Both the position numbers and the translations under genes were made by a program. Below, in pieces: positions 18,836-28,618 of a DNA stretch of 64,000 nt. The notes under the pieces were generated by a model. That model made no database searches. It was given only the letters and a program-made list of their open reading frames with translations, and was not told the origin of the DNA. The stretch is from positions 36 to 64,035 of the forward strand of contig CAZPDM010000005.1 in the NCBI GenBank assembly GCA_964585305.1. The letters run 5' to 3'. Origin of the DNA: an uncultured Planctomycetota bacterium. Its GTDB lineage: Bacteria; Planctomycetota; Uabimicrobiia; Uabimicrobiales; JABWCH01. The first letter of the stretch is position 1. Every line of letters begins with the position of its first letter.

Positions 18836-21800
18836 ATGCCATATAAAATTATTAAAATACTTGGTGAAGGCGGAATGGGACAAGTGTATCAAGCGGTTGA
18901 TATAAATTTGAATCGTACTGTCGCGATGAAAGCCTTCCATGAAAAAGTCGTCCCAAATATAAAAGCAGTAAAAAGATTTATGCGTGAAAGTCAAATTTCT
19001 GCAAGCCTAGATCATCCTAATATTATTAAAGTTTATCAATTTACAGTTGAAAATAATCGACCATTTCTAGTGATGGAATATGTTGAAGGTCAGCCTTTAA
19101 TGGACTATATTGCGACTGAAAGTCCCAGCCTAGATAAATTATTAGAAATATTTGAAAAAGTCGTAGATGCCGTTCATTATGCTCATAGAAAACAAATTAT
19201 CCATCGTGATATTAAACCTTCTAATATTATGATCCGAAATAATGGCGAACCTGTCTTGATGGATTTTGGAATTGCTAAAGCAATTCAAATTGATGATTTA
19301 ACACGTACAGGGGAAGTGATTGGAACCGTACAATATATGGCTCCTGAACAAGCATCCGGAGAAAAACGTGCTGTAGATCATCGTGTCGATATATATAGTT
19401 TAGGTGCAGTTCTATATCAAATTCTTACTAAAAAAACTCCTATACAATCTCAAACACTTACAGAAATGCTATTTGAACTTAACAAAACGGAAATTATTTT
19501 ACCTTCTCAACATAATTCTGAAATTTCTCCTGAGCTTGAACAAATTTGCATGAAAGCTCTTTGTAAAGATAAAGAGCAACGATATCCTACGGCTAAAGCA
19601 TTTTCTGAAGATTTAAAAAACTATCGACAAGGAAAAAAAATCAATGCTGCGGGTTTTATTCAAAAACAACAATGGCGCAGAAAAATATTCCATTTATCAA
19701 TTATTTTGGGAATAATTCTATCTGTTGGAATTGTTGCTTTATTAAGCCATCTTATCATCAACAAATTAAATTCGCCAATAGACCCCTTAGAAAATGCTCT
19801 TTTTATAGTCGAACAAAAATTGGGAATGGCAAAAAACTATTACGAAAATAACGAGATTGTACAAGGATACTCGTGTTTAGAAGAATTTGTTAATCTGGTT
19901 GATAATAATCCATCCCTCTATCAAAAAAATAAAGATAAATTTTCATCATCTTTAAATAAGTTCCTCCATGAAACATACTCTCTAGCACAAATATATCATT
20001 TGGCAAATATGAGAGAGGAAGAGATTTATTTAAATAAATTTCATGATACAGCAGAAAAATTTCAACCAGATCTACAAAATAGCATTTCTAATAATTATTG
20101 GAAAGCTATTGAGCCAACCATCAATGGGCAAGAAAAAAATTTAACAAAAGAAAATATTCAACAAATTGAGTTAGTTAAAAACAATATTTTAAAAAATTTT
20201 AATTGGCCTATTGAAGTTTTAAATCAAGCTAAAAAAGACTACAAATCTTTTCAACATGAAGAGGCTATTCAAAAATTTGAGCAACTTCTTACATATTACA
20301 CTTTTTTTTCACCAAAAGAATCTATTCAAAAAATTTTATGGGAATATGCGAAGATTGCAATTTCTTACCAAATCGGCCTTTCTTACGTAAAACAACAAAA
20401 ATATATATTAGCTTTACAATATTTTAAGAGTGCAGAAAAAAATTGGGATAAAAATAATTTTTCTAAATTCATGAATAAACATCTTGAAATGTTGAATAAG
20501 TCTCAAAAAATTGAACAAAATTTTCCTATAAAAAAAATCTATGCAAATATTCTTATTCATATAGGATCTTGCATCATTAACAATATTTTGTATACCGAAG
20601 ACCTTACAAAAAAGGATAACATTGACTTTAATAAATTGATCGCAATGGTAGAAGAAATAAAAAAATATGAACAAGATATTTCTGAATATTCTGAAGAATG
20701 GACGTTATTACAAGAACTCAAAGCAAGAATATATTTATGGATGCCATCCAGCAATAAAGAAACAACTATGAAATATGTAATTAACTTGATGGATATATGT
20801 TTACAAAAAAATCCTATGAGAGATTCTTGCTATTTGATCCGAGGGATAGCATATTTAGAATTAAAAAATTATGAAAAATGCTTAGAAGACTTTGAATTTT
20901 CTTCTCAAATCAATCCTCAGCAAATAGAACCGTTGATAAAATTTTTTGAAATTTTTCCTCATTATCAACATCCCAAATACGATAATGTAGAAAAAATTAT
21001 TGGGATTGTTCATCGTTGGTGGCTGAGAGTAAATATGGCATACATAGATACATGGGAAGATGACGTAACACGGATGAAAATGTATTTTCGTGCAAAATGG
21101 CAAGAACAGGAAGTAAATAGTATTTCGATTGCAATGTCTGAAAAATTTTATTCCCTGCTTTTTGATAGTAATGAAAAATTTTCAAAATTAGCTAAAGAAT
21201 CTTTTTTAGAAATGCAACCATATTCTAGCACATTAGAATTTCTTAAAATAAAAGAAAAAGAACTAGAAACGCAAGATTCAACTCACCAAAACATTGAAAC
21301 TCAACGAAAACTAAAAATTCTTTCAGACATCATCAACTCTGTAAAAGAAAAAAACAATGCACGTCTTATTGATCAAACTTTATATCTTTTATCTTCTGTA
21401 TCTTTTGAAAAAAATATTCCTAAGGAAATTTTAAAAATTTTCCAAGACGAAGAACGTCTTAGTATCCTTCATCGTTTAGTATTCGAAAAAGCCTTTCAAA
21501 AAGAAGTTCGAGAATATTATACAAGCAATTCCAAAGAAAACCATTGGTTCAAATTATATTACCTTGGGGCATCTATTTTAGCTCAAATCCCTATTATTAT
21601 CCCACAAAAAATTATAGCTGAGAACGCCCATATTTTTTCAAAATATCCTAGAACAAATCATTACTATCGGTTTATTTTAGCTAATTGGAGTAAACAAGAA
21701 AATAATCCTCAAATAAAAGTTATTTTACTTCGTGTTTTACAAGGAATTGGATATTTTGATTTAGAAACCCAAAAATTTCTTGAAAAATTTGCTAGCAATA

Positions 21801-23884
21801 AAGATTATCTAGGAGATCCTTTTATAGAAACAGTTGCAACCCCTCTAATAGTTGCAAATTTTGATCATAAAAAAGAAATTTTTCATAATTATTTCTATCT
21901 TTGTACTCCCTTAGCTAAAATTTGGATTATGCATAATATTTCTCTTTTAGAGCAGAAAATTCCAAATGATAGCTGGCAAAATTTTCATATAGAAATGAAA
22001 AAAATATGGGAAGAAAATTTTATACATAGCGACATCCGTAATAAAATGTTAGCTATTATAGCTACTAAAGCTCTATTTAAGTGGAATGTAAATGATGAAT
22101 TGTTCAATAAATATTGGAATGATTTTAAAAAACTCTATGAAGATAAAAATACACGAATTCAAAAAACCGCATTAGTTCTAGCTTGCGAATTTGAGCAATT
22201 TCGTAAGAAAGCACAAGATCCACTACAAAAAATTTGCTGGAATATTTTGGAAAATAAATCGATAACTAATCAAGAAATTTCGATTATAGCAAGCCTATTT
22301 TTATTAAAAATTAAAGATCAGAAAATTATTGCTCAAATGGAAAATACAGAAACGAATATATTAGAAAAAATTATGTTCTTGTACTCTATTCCTAAAGATC
22401 AAGATGCGGCTAAAACGCTTATGAATATAGTAAGTACTACAAAAGATAATGTAGAAAAAGGTATGGTTATTGCGGTTTTATGCCATTTCTATTATGGAAT
22501 CAACAGTTTTATCAAGGATAATATACAAAAAAACGCTTTAAAAGCTTTTATAGAAAATCTCATTATTAATTCTCTTAAAGAAGGCGAATCAGGCCTAATT
22601 TTTTGGAGTTTAATATCAACAACAAAAATCGATGACCTTTCTAAAAGAGTATGGGGTGAAATCTATAATAATTTAGAAAAAGAAGACACAACAATTCCTC
22701 TAATGAGATTAGGGGCGTTGATCAATCTATCTATAAAACAACCCAATAATAAAGAATTGACAAATCTATATACTACCTTACAAAAGAAAGAATCTGAACA
22801 AAAGTTAATTTTTCAAAAAAAACCAGATAGCGAAAAGCATAGAAAATCTTTATTATCTTTAATGTGGTTTTATAGACAAGTTTTACGAAATAATCAATAT
22901 AATCATTTACTCGATTCTAACCTTATGGCTGAGGAAAACTTTATTGTTATTGACGAACGATTTATAAAAACTCTTGAAAAGGATATCAGCGAGCCGATTC
23001 TCCTAACACGCTATATTTCAGCATTAGAAAAGGCAATCGAATTAGGCAAGCTAATTAAATCTCTCGATAGTAATTTTTATGAACGTTATGCTTTTCTACA
23101 ATTGATTCAATATATGGCACTTCTTTATTATAAAAATAAACAATATTCTCAAGCATTAGATATATTAGCTTATGACAACTTATATAAAACAGAACCAATT
23201 ATTGCCGCTCTTTGGTTGAAATATAAACTAAGTATTGAGCCTAATTCTCCTGAAATTGATATATGGTGGCAAGAATGGCAAAAAAAAGACATGCAAGATT
23301 ATCGTAGTGAATCCTTACGTTTATATATGGAATCTTTATTCTATCAACATAAAAAAGAATACCAGTTAGCTATTGATAAACTTGAAAAGGCTTTCATTTT
23401 ATGCCCAGAGGATAGCCAATTTCTTTCTGATTTAATTGGGATTTATTTAAAAGAGCAAAAAAATATGGAGAATCTGGACATATTTCTTGAGCTTGCCATC
23501 AAACACGCCAGTTATAAAGGAAATTTACTTTGGAGAAAAGTACAATATTTTGCAGTTCAAAAAGATATTTCAAATGTTATTGACACACTTAAAGCCTTAG
23601 TTATATTGGAAAGCGAATATCCTATTACTTTAGAAAACATCACTGAATTAAATATCGATAAAAAATACTATGGAGAAATATATTTTTCCATTGCTATAAA
23701 AAAAGCAGATCGTAGAAATACCTCTCAAACAATATTTTGGCTTACTAAAGCTCACGAAGAAGGATATAGCATTACAGAAGAAAAATTAAAAGAGCTGTGG
23801 ATACTCAAAGATTTTATTGGTGTAGTTCTTAATCAACATCCAAGTTTCAGAAAGATTTGGCAAAAACTAGTAATTAAGAAATAG
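18836..23884 (+). CDS. Membrane Ser/Thr protein kinase, paralog 4
   Basis: MPYKIIKILGEGGMGQVY, VAMK, HRDIKPSN, DFG, APE, TM segment LSIILGIILSVGIVALL. It shares the same conserved C-terminal islands as paralogs 1-3. Confidence 0.9.
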   Translation: MPYKIIKILGEGGMGQVYQAVDINLNRTVAMKAFHEKVVPNIKAVKRFMRESQISASLDHPNIIKVYQFTVENNRPFLVMEYVEGQPLMDYIATESPSLDKLLEIFEKVVDAVHYAHRKQIIHRDIKPSNIMIRNNGEPVLMDFGIAKAIQIDDLTRTGEVIGTVQYMAPEQASGEKRAVDHRVDIYSLGAVLYQILTKKTPIQSQTLTEMLFELNKTEIILPSQHNSEISPELEQICMKALCKDKEQRYPTAKAFSEDLKNYRQGKKINAAGFIQKQQWRRKIFHLSIILGIILSVGIVALLSHLIINKLNSPIDPLENALFIVEQKLGMAKNYYENNEIVQGYSCLEEFVNLVDNNPSLYQKNKDKFSSSLNKFLHETYSLAQIYHLANMREEEIYLNKFHDTAEKFQPDLQNSISNNYWKAIEPTINGQEKNLTKENIQQIELVKNNILKNFNWPIEVLNQAKKDYKSFQHEEAIQKFEQLLTYYTFFSPKESIQKILWEYAKIAISYQIGLSYVKQQKYILALQYFKSAEKNWDKNNFSKFMNKHLEMLNKSQKIEQNFPIKKIYANILIHIGSCIINNILYTEDLTKKDNIDFNKLIAMVEEIKKYEQDISEYSEEWTLLQELKARIYLWMPSSNKETTMKYVINLMDICLQKNPMRDSCYLIRGIAYLELKNYEKCLEDFEFSSQINPQQIEPLIKFFEIFPHYQHPKYDNVEKIIGIVHRWWLRVNMAYIDTWEDDVTRMKMYFRAKWQEQEVNSISIAMSEKFYSLLFDSNEKFSKLAKESFLEMQPYSSTLEFLKIKEKELETQDSTHQNIETQRKLKILSDIINSVKEKNNARLIDQTLYLLSSVSFEKNIPKEILKIFQDEERLSILHRLVFEKAFQKEVREYYTSNSKENHWFKLYYLGASILAQIPIIIPQKIIAENAHIFSKYPRTNHYYRFILANWSKQENNPQIKVILLRVLQGIGYFDLETQKFLEKFASNKDYLGDPFIETVATPLIVANFDHKKEIFHNYFYLCTPLAKIWIMHNISLLEQKIPNDSWQNFHIEMKKIWEENFIHSDIRNKMLAIIATKALFKWNVNDELFNKYWNDFKKLYEDKNTRIQKTALVLACEFEQFRKKAQDPLQKICWNILENKSITNQEISIIASLFLLKIKDQKIIAQMENTETNILEKIMFLYSIPKDQDAAKTLMNIVSTTKDNVEKGMVIAVLCHFYYGINSFIKDNIQKNALKAFIENLIINSLKEGESGLIFWSLISTTKIDDLSKRVWGEIYNNLEKEDTTIPLMRLGALINLSIKQPNNKELTNLYTTLQKKESEQKLIFQKKPDSEKHRKSLLSLMWFYRQVLRNNQYNHLLDSNLMAEENFIVIDERFIKTLEKDISEPILLTRYISALEKAIELGKLIKSLDSNFYERYAFLQLIQYMALLYYKNKQYSQALDILAYDNLYKTEPIIAALWLKYKLSIEPNSPEIDIWWQEWQKKDMQDYRSESLRLYMESLFYQHKKEYQLAIDKLEKAFILCPEDSQFLSDLIGIYLKEQKNMENLDIFLELAIKHASYKGNLLWRKVQYFAVQKDISNVIDTLKALVILESEYPITLENITELNIDKKYYGEIYFSIAIKKADRRNTSQTIFWLTKAHEEGYSITEEKLKELWILKDFIGVVLNQHPSFRKIWQKLVIKK

Positions 23885-23885
23885 T

Positions 23886-23929
23886 AAAAAAAAAGTCTGT
23901 TGGTCAAGAAAACCAACAGACTTTTTTTT
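23886..23929. terminator. Bidirectional intrinsic terminator between convergent genes
   Basis: A9-GTCTGTTGGT-caagaaa-ACCAACAGAC-T8. Confidence 0.8.
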
Positions 23930-23937
23930 AGTATTTC

Positions 23938-25119
23938 TTATTTTTCCATAACACGTTGAAAAGGTTTAGATTTTACTTCTGTGTTAGGTTTGGTAGCGAG
24001 TACAGAAATATTAGATATAGTTTTATTAACGACTTCTTCATTCTTAGGAAGTAGTTGAGGTTTAATTTCTACACTAGAAAGATCAAAGTCTCCACTAATC
24101 TTTTTAGCTTCCTGCAAATTAGCTCTTTCCCATTTAGAATTATCTATCCAAGCCCATGCTTTATTTCCATCATGAATAAGTAAAGCATTTTGCTTACGAT
24201 TATTGATTTGCGCAGAACCTAAACGAATAACCTTTTCTTCTGCAATTTTTTGCCAAGCATTTTGGTTCATCCATGCCCAAACACTTCCTTGTGTATAAGC
24301 AATAGCTATATCATTTTGGCCATTATTATCTAAATCTAATATTTCAAGACTATCTGCCATTTCTTCATCAATTTTTTGCCAAGTAGAGTTATTCAGCCAA
24401 GCATAAATTGCTGGAGTATTTTTGTATGCAATAACAAGATCTTCTTGAGCATTATTATCTATATCTGCAACAACGATATCGTTTGCTGCTTCATTATCAA
24501 TATGCTGCCAATATTCATTATTCATCCAAGCATATATGCTGTTGCTATGAGTATAACTCATGACAATATCTTTTTGCCCATTATTATCTAAATCACATAA
24601 AGCAATAACATTTGCCGATTCATCATCTATTTTTTTCCAAGTATTGTTAAGATACATAAATGTACCTTTATCATTATCCAAGGAAATAATGAGTTCTGCC
24701 TGTCCATCATGATCAACATCTCCAGCAACTTGCGTACGTATTATAGCCTCGCCAATTATCTTGGAAAATTGGAAAACATTAACACCTGGACGATACGTAC
24801 CACCATCAGGAGAATATTCTATAAATGAAGCCAGAGAAAGAATATCATCAGTAGAAATTGTTAATAATGTTCCAAGAGGAAGATCATTCTCTGCATAATT
24901 AGCAATATCATTTGCTGTTTTTTTAATAGCACCATTTACTAAACAATAGCAAACATCTGGATTCTGACTTGTAGCAGACAAAATAATATCATATAACTGT
25001 ACAGGATTCGGATCTGGAACTTCATTCGCTTTCTTATTATTATGTTTAAGGCATGACAGACAAGATAAAGAAATTATAAGAATGAGAAAAAAAATAAAAT
25101 AAGTTTTAGTTTTTTGCAT
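23938..25119 (-). CDS. Exported FG-GAP/VCBS-like repeat protein (possible lipoprotein)
   Basis: Signal peptide MQKTKTYFIFFLILIISLSCLSC. ATG 25119 has AGGA upstream; the ORF-track start at 25143 adds 8 aa. The ~43-aa repeats carry DxDx(D/N)GQx(D/E) loops, e.g. DLDNNGQKDIVMSY...IYAWMNNEYWQHID, DIDNNAQEDLVIAY...IYAWLNNSTWQKID and LDLDNNGQNDIAIAY...VWAWMNQNAWQKI. Confidence 0.7.
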   Translation of the reverse strand: MQKTKTYFIFFLILIISLSCLSCLKHNNKKANEVPDPNPVQLYDIILSATSQNPDVCYCLVNGAIKKTANDIANYAENDLPLGTLLTISTDDILSLASFIEYSPDGGTYRPGVNVFQFSKIIGEAIIRTQVAGDVDHDGQAELIISLDNDKGTFMYLNNTWKKIDDESANVIALCDLDNNGQKDIVMSYTHSNSIYAWMNNEYWQHIDNEAANDIVVADIDNNAQEDLVIAYKNTPAIYAWLNNSTWQKIDEEMADSLEILDLDNNGQNDIAIAYTQGSVWAWMNQNAWQKIAEEKVIRLGSAQINNRKQNALLIHDGNKAWAWIDNSKWERANLQEAKKISGDFDLSSVEIKPQLLPKNEEVVNKTISNISVLATKPNTEVKSKPFQRVMEK

Positions 25120-25169
25120 TAAAGTTTCCTTAAAAATTAGCAAACTTATTAAGAAAGAATCCCAAGAAA

Positions 25170-25982
25170 CTACTCCTCTAATTGAAAAGATGCTAACACT
25201 TGTTCAAACATGGGATAATATTTGTTAATAAGTTTTTGATCGTTCCGACATTCAAAAATAGCATAATAAACACAACCACCATATTCTAATTCAAAAACTT
25301 TAAGATGTAAAGCTAATTTATCAAATTTACGGACTATGTCATAACAAATCATATTTCCTGAAATATTTTTATTGATTGCATACAAAGTAAGTGGAGTTTT
25401 TTTAACGATATTTACAGTAGAAAACGGATAGTATCTCTTTGTTTTTTGAATTGTTGGAATATTACTTCCAGCAAACTTTAAAAATATAGTAACTTTATTT
25501 TTTACATCAACTTTATAGCGATAACCTTTTAGATCGCTTTCCTCGGAAAAACTTTCACTCCATTCATTTTTTGTAAAAAAAGTGATGCCAAAATCTTCTG
25601 CACTTGTACGTCTTAATGATAAACCACCTTCAACTACTGTTGCTTCAATAATAACCAAAACTGTTGTTGTATCACCTCGATTAAAATCTGCATATATTTC
25701 TTTTATATCTTTTACAACACCTTTACAAGTAATTAGAATATTATCATATTCCATTTCAAAATCTTTTATTTTAGTTTCTGATTCAACTTCTACACCAACA
25801 AATTCAGCAGCCTTACGGATAGCACGATACCGAGCTTTTTCCAATGCTTCAACTTTGTTATTATTAGCTTCCTCAAGACTTGCCTGAGCTTCATAATGCC
25901 CACGTGTTTCAGCTCCCCATTGTGCTTGTAAAGAAAGTATTCCTAATAATAGGATTAAAACAATAATAAAATATCTTTTCAT
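25170..25982 (-). CDS. Exported protein with an N-terminal LPP20/FlgP-like module
   Basis: Signal peptide MKRYFIIVLILLLGILSLQAQ. Module: KARYRAIRKAAEFVGVEVESETKIKDFEMEYDNILITCKGVVKDIKEI. Confidence 0.6.
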   Translation of the reverse strand: MKRYFIIVLILLLGILSLQAQWGAETRGHYEAQASLEEANNNKVEALEKARYRAIRKAAEFVGVEVESETKIKDFEMEYDNILITCKGVVKDIKEIYADFNRGDTTTVLVIIEATVVEGGLSLRRTSAEDFGITFFTKNEWSESFSEESDLKGYRYKVDVKNKVTIFLKFAGSNIPTIQKTKRYYPFSTVNIVKKTPLTLYAINKNISGNMICYDIVRKFDKLALHLKVFELEYGGCVYYAIFECRNDQKLINKYYPMFEQVLASFQLEE

Positions 25983-26016
25983 AGTTTATTTTCCTTAAAA
26001 TATATTTTTTCTTAGC

Positions 26017-26056
26017 AAAACATGCTTTAGTTGATAACAACTAAAGCATGTTTTTT
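26017..26056. terminator. Hairpin or weak terminator inside the exported-protein cluster
   Basis: AAAACATGCTTTAGTTG-ataa-CAACTAAAGCATGTTTT (17-bp stem including the A/T ends). It lies between the stop of the 26090 gene and the start of the 25982 gene. Confidence 0.5.
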
Positions 26057-26089
26057 ATATTAATAGCTAATTCAACCGTGACTATTGAA

Positions 26090-26956
26090 TTATTTTGCCA
26101 TTAAACCAATACCTTCGGCAATAAAAATTTCATCATCATCTTCAATACCTTCAAATAAAGAATAATCTTCATCTGAAAGTTCTAAGCCTAATTTTTTCAA
26201 ATTTTGGGATAAAGAATAGATGCACATGTGTTTGGGAATACGAAGTTTCATAGTAACTTTTTTGGCTGTGAAATCAATATTAATTTTTAGAATTTCGCAT
26301 CCAACTAAGGTTGTCTTTTGCAAAACATTTAAACGAGTTTGTTCTTCAAGAATAAATTTGTTGACTTTTTCATTGCAAGCAACAATTTCTTCTGTAACTT
26401 GTTTAGCAACATTACTACGGGCTTCAGCATACGCAGCAGTAATAGCATTAGCAATTAACTTTCCGCCTTCGGTATAACCAGAAATACCACAAACAAGCAA
26501 TTTTTCTGGCAATAAGCGAGAAACTTCCATATATTCTGAACCTTTAAGTTTTCCGCCAATGCTTCTTTCAATACTACGGATCATCCAAGCATTAGAAATT
26601 TCCATGTAACTGGCAACTACACCTAGTTTTGTGTCAACAACATCTAAATCGCTTCTTTTCTTAGCACCAGTTAATTTTGTTGGAGGAATATCAACTTTAG
26701 TAATAATCATACTAGTATTATTATTGATAATACTTACTTTACTAATCACAGCACCTAAGATATTTTCAACAATAAAACCCTTGGCTTGGATAGTAGCATC
26801 TTCTTGTCTTACAGAAACTTCTTGTATTTGAGCAACATTCATTTTGCTGGCCCATTTGGGATCATGTTTCAAAGGAATAGAAGAAACGAAATCTTGTGCT
26901 ACAACATAAGAACTGAATAAAATAATACCAATCAATAAATATGCGATGTATTTCAT
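26090..26956 (-). CDS. Exported LPP20/FlgP-like protein, paralog group A
   Basis: Signal peptide MKYIAYLLIGIILFSSYVVAQ. Module: ITAAYAEARSNVAKQVTEEIVACNEKVNKFILEEQ...VGCEILKINID. The C-terminus ends ...AEGIGLMAK, like the 28619 gene. Confidence 0.65.
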   Translation of the reverse strand: MKYIAYLLIGIILFSSYVVAQDFVSSIPLKHDPKWASKMNVAQIQEVSVRQEDATIQAKGFIVENILGAVISKVSIINNNTSMIITKVDIPPTKLTGAKKRSDLDVVDTKLGVVASYMEISNAWMIRSIERSIGGKLKGSEYMEVSRLLPEKLLVCGISGYTEGGKLIANAITAAYAEARSNVAKQVTEEIVACNEKVNKFILEEQTRLNVLQKTTLVGCEILKINIDFTAKKVTMKLRIPKHMCIYSLSQNLKKLGLELSDEDYSLFEGIEDDDEIFIAEGIGLMAK

Positions 26957-27072
26957 AACAATCTCCCGAATTTAATAGAAAAATTCATACTTGCCAATCA
27001 GCAGCAAGTTTAAATAACGAATTTTTCTTAATTTTCTGAAAATATAATTAATTGGCAAACTAAATTACATTT

Positions 27073-27738
27073 TTACTTTACAAGATAGGCTTTTCCTGTT
27101 ACTACAATCTGATCAGGAATAATATTAGGAAAATTTTTAACTGACTCATCGCCAAGTTTTTTCTTGACTAAAAATTCAATAAATTGAGATTCGATTTTTC
27201 CTTCTACTGTAACACAAGTTTTATCAGAATTCCATACAGGAGTACCAATTTTTACACCTCTCAATGTTTCTTGAGAAGTAGTTACTGTATTTGGATCAAT
27301 CTTTTTAAAAATAGCCTGCAATTCTTTAGCAATTGCAAGTTTTGCATCTATGCTAGCTTCTTCTATGGCTATTGTTTCCATTTGAGTAATTCTTACAATT
27401 GGATCCTGTAAAGGAGATAACGCATAGACAAAAACAGTCTGTGTTATTTCATATTTAGGAGAGTACAAGACAACTTCTAATGCTTGGCTTGTTTCCTGAG
27501 ATATCCAAAGAGCATTATTCTTCCACTCACATCCTGGAGTTTTGACCTCTATTTTAGAAATCTCTACTTTGCGCATGTTATTACCATCACGATAATAGAA
27601 TTCAAAGTAGATTGGAGTATTCACAAAGGTAATAACTCGATGAGGAATAATAACAATATTTTTTACAATTTCCTCTTTATCACATCCCATTGAAAAAAAT
27701 AACAACAGGCTTAGTAAAATATAGCAGAATACCTTCAT
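27073..27738 (-). CDS. Exported (possible lipo)protein: Ig-like N-terminal part + LPP20-like C-terminal module
   Basis: N-terminus MKVFCYILLSLLLFFSMGC. Module: METIAIEEASIDAKLAIAKELQAIFKKI...LRGVKIGTPVWNSDKTCVTVEGKI. Confidence 0.55.
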   Translation of the reverse strand: MKVFCYILLSLLLFFSMGCDKEEIVKNIVIIPHRVITFVNTPIYFEFYYRDGNNMRKVEISKIEVKTPGCEWKNNALWISQETSQALEVVLYSPKYEITQTVFVYALSPLQDPIVRITQMETIAIEEASIDAKLAIAKELQAIFKKIDPNTVTTSQETLRGVKIGTPVWNSDKTCVTVEGKIESQFIEFLVKKKLGDESVKNFPNIIPDQIVVTGKAYLVK

Positions 27739-27773
27739 GTTTTATCCCTGCTATTAAAGTTTAATACTTAATA

Positions 27774-28556
27774 CTATTGAAGAACAGCTTCTCCACGTTC
27801 TTTTTCATAAGAGTTAAAAAGAGCCTGTAAAGTTTGGCATTCTTCAAGAGTTAAAGAAACACCTAATTCTTTTAATGTTTGGCTAAGAGAAAGAATATAC
27901 AAGGGAATTTTAATCTCAGCATCAATATATACTTTTTTATCGCTCCAATTGACGATTGGTTTAGAGAAACCGCAACCAATGAGCTTCAAATTTTCTAAAG
28001 TAGCTTGATGTTCTTCATGTTCCAAGATAAATTTATCAACGGTTTCACTATTTGAAATAACTTCCCCAAACAACCGTGCGCCAAGTTTTGCAGCTGCATC
28101 TAATTTTGCCATTTTAATATTATTAACAACTCGTTCTCCTGATGGAGTAAAAGCTGCATAACCATATTCAACAGTTTCTTTTGGAAAAAGATATTTGATG
28201 TCTTGAATCTGTTTTAAAGTTAATCTGCCTGGTTTCATTGAATCTTCCAAAGACACCATAATATCATACTGAGCAATACTAGCTTTTGCAATGACAAAAC
28301 CATTAGCACTATCAATATTTTCAACAGTTGTTTTACATAGTTTAAGTAAATAACCTTGAGACTTTTTGATAATTTCAATACTAATATTATTTAAACCAGC
28401 TCTACTTTCTTTAGCAATCCAAAAGCCTTGCGCACGTTCAGAAAGATTTTTTTTTGCATCTTCTTGAGCTGCAATCTTCGCCTGTTCTAAATTAAGGCTA
28501 TATGCTGTAACTGAAAAAATACAACATACAAATAGACAAACTATAATTAACTTCAT
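27774..28556 (-). CDS. Exported LPP20/FlgP-like protein, paralog group A (two modules)
   Basis: Signal peptide present. Modules: AKIAAQEDAKKNLSERAQGFWIAKES... and MAKLDAAAKLGARLFGEVISNSETVDKFILEHEEHQ...IGCGFSKPIVNW. Confidence 0.65.
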   Translation of the reverse strand: MKLIIVCLFVCCIFSVTAYSLNLEQAKIAAQEDAKKNLSERAQGFWIAKESRAGLNNISIEIIKKSQGYLLKLCKTTVENIDSANGFVIAKASIAQYDIMVSLEDSMKPGRLTLKQIQDIKYLFPKETVEYGYAAFTPSGERVVNNIKMAKLDAAAKLGARLFGEVISNSETVDKFILEHEEHQATLENLKLIGCGFSKPIVNWSDKKVYIDAEIKIPLYILSLSQTLKELGVSLTLEECQTLQALFNSYEKERGEAVLQ

Positions 28557-28618
28557 AAAATTTTAAGCCTCCAAAATAAATCAAAAAAACGAAAATAATC
28601 ATATAAAATTATATCTCA

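Noticed and set aside
4271-19640. An A8 homopolymer at the same position in all four kinases (4271, 9358, 14591, 19633; codons G-K-K-I just before the TM helix). I considered it as a phase-variation or slippage switch that would release a soluble kinase domain.
   Set aside because: The tract is explained by the conserved GKKI peptide plus AAA codon preference in an AT-rich genome. A8 runs are common throughout the window, and nothing in the sequence indicates variation. It would need read-level length heterogeneity to revive the idea.
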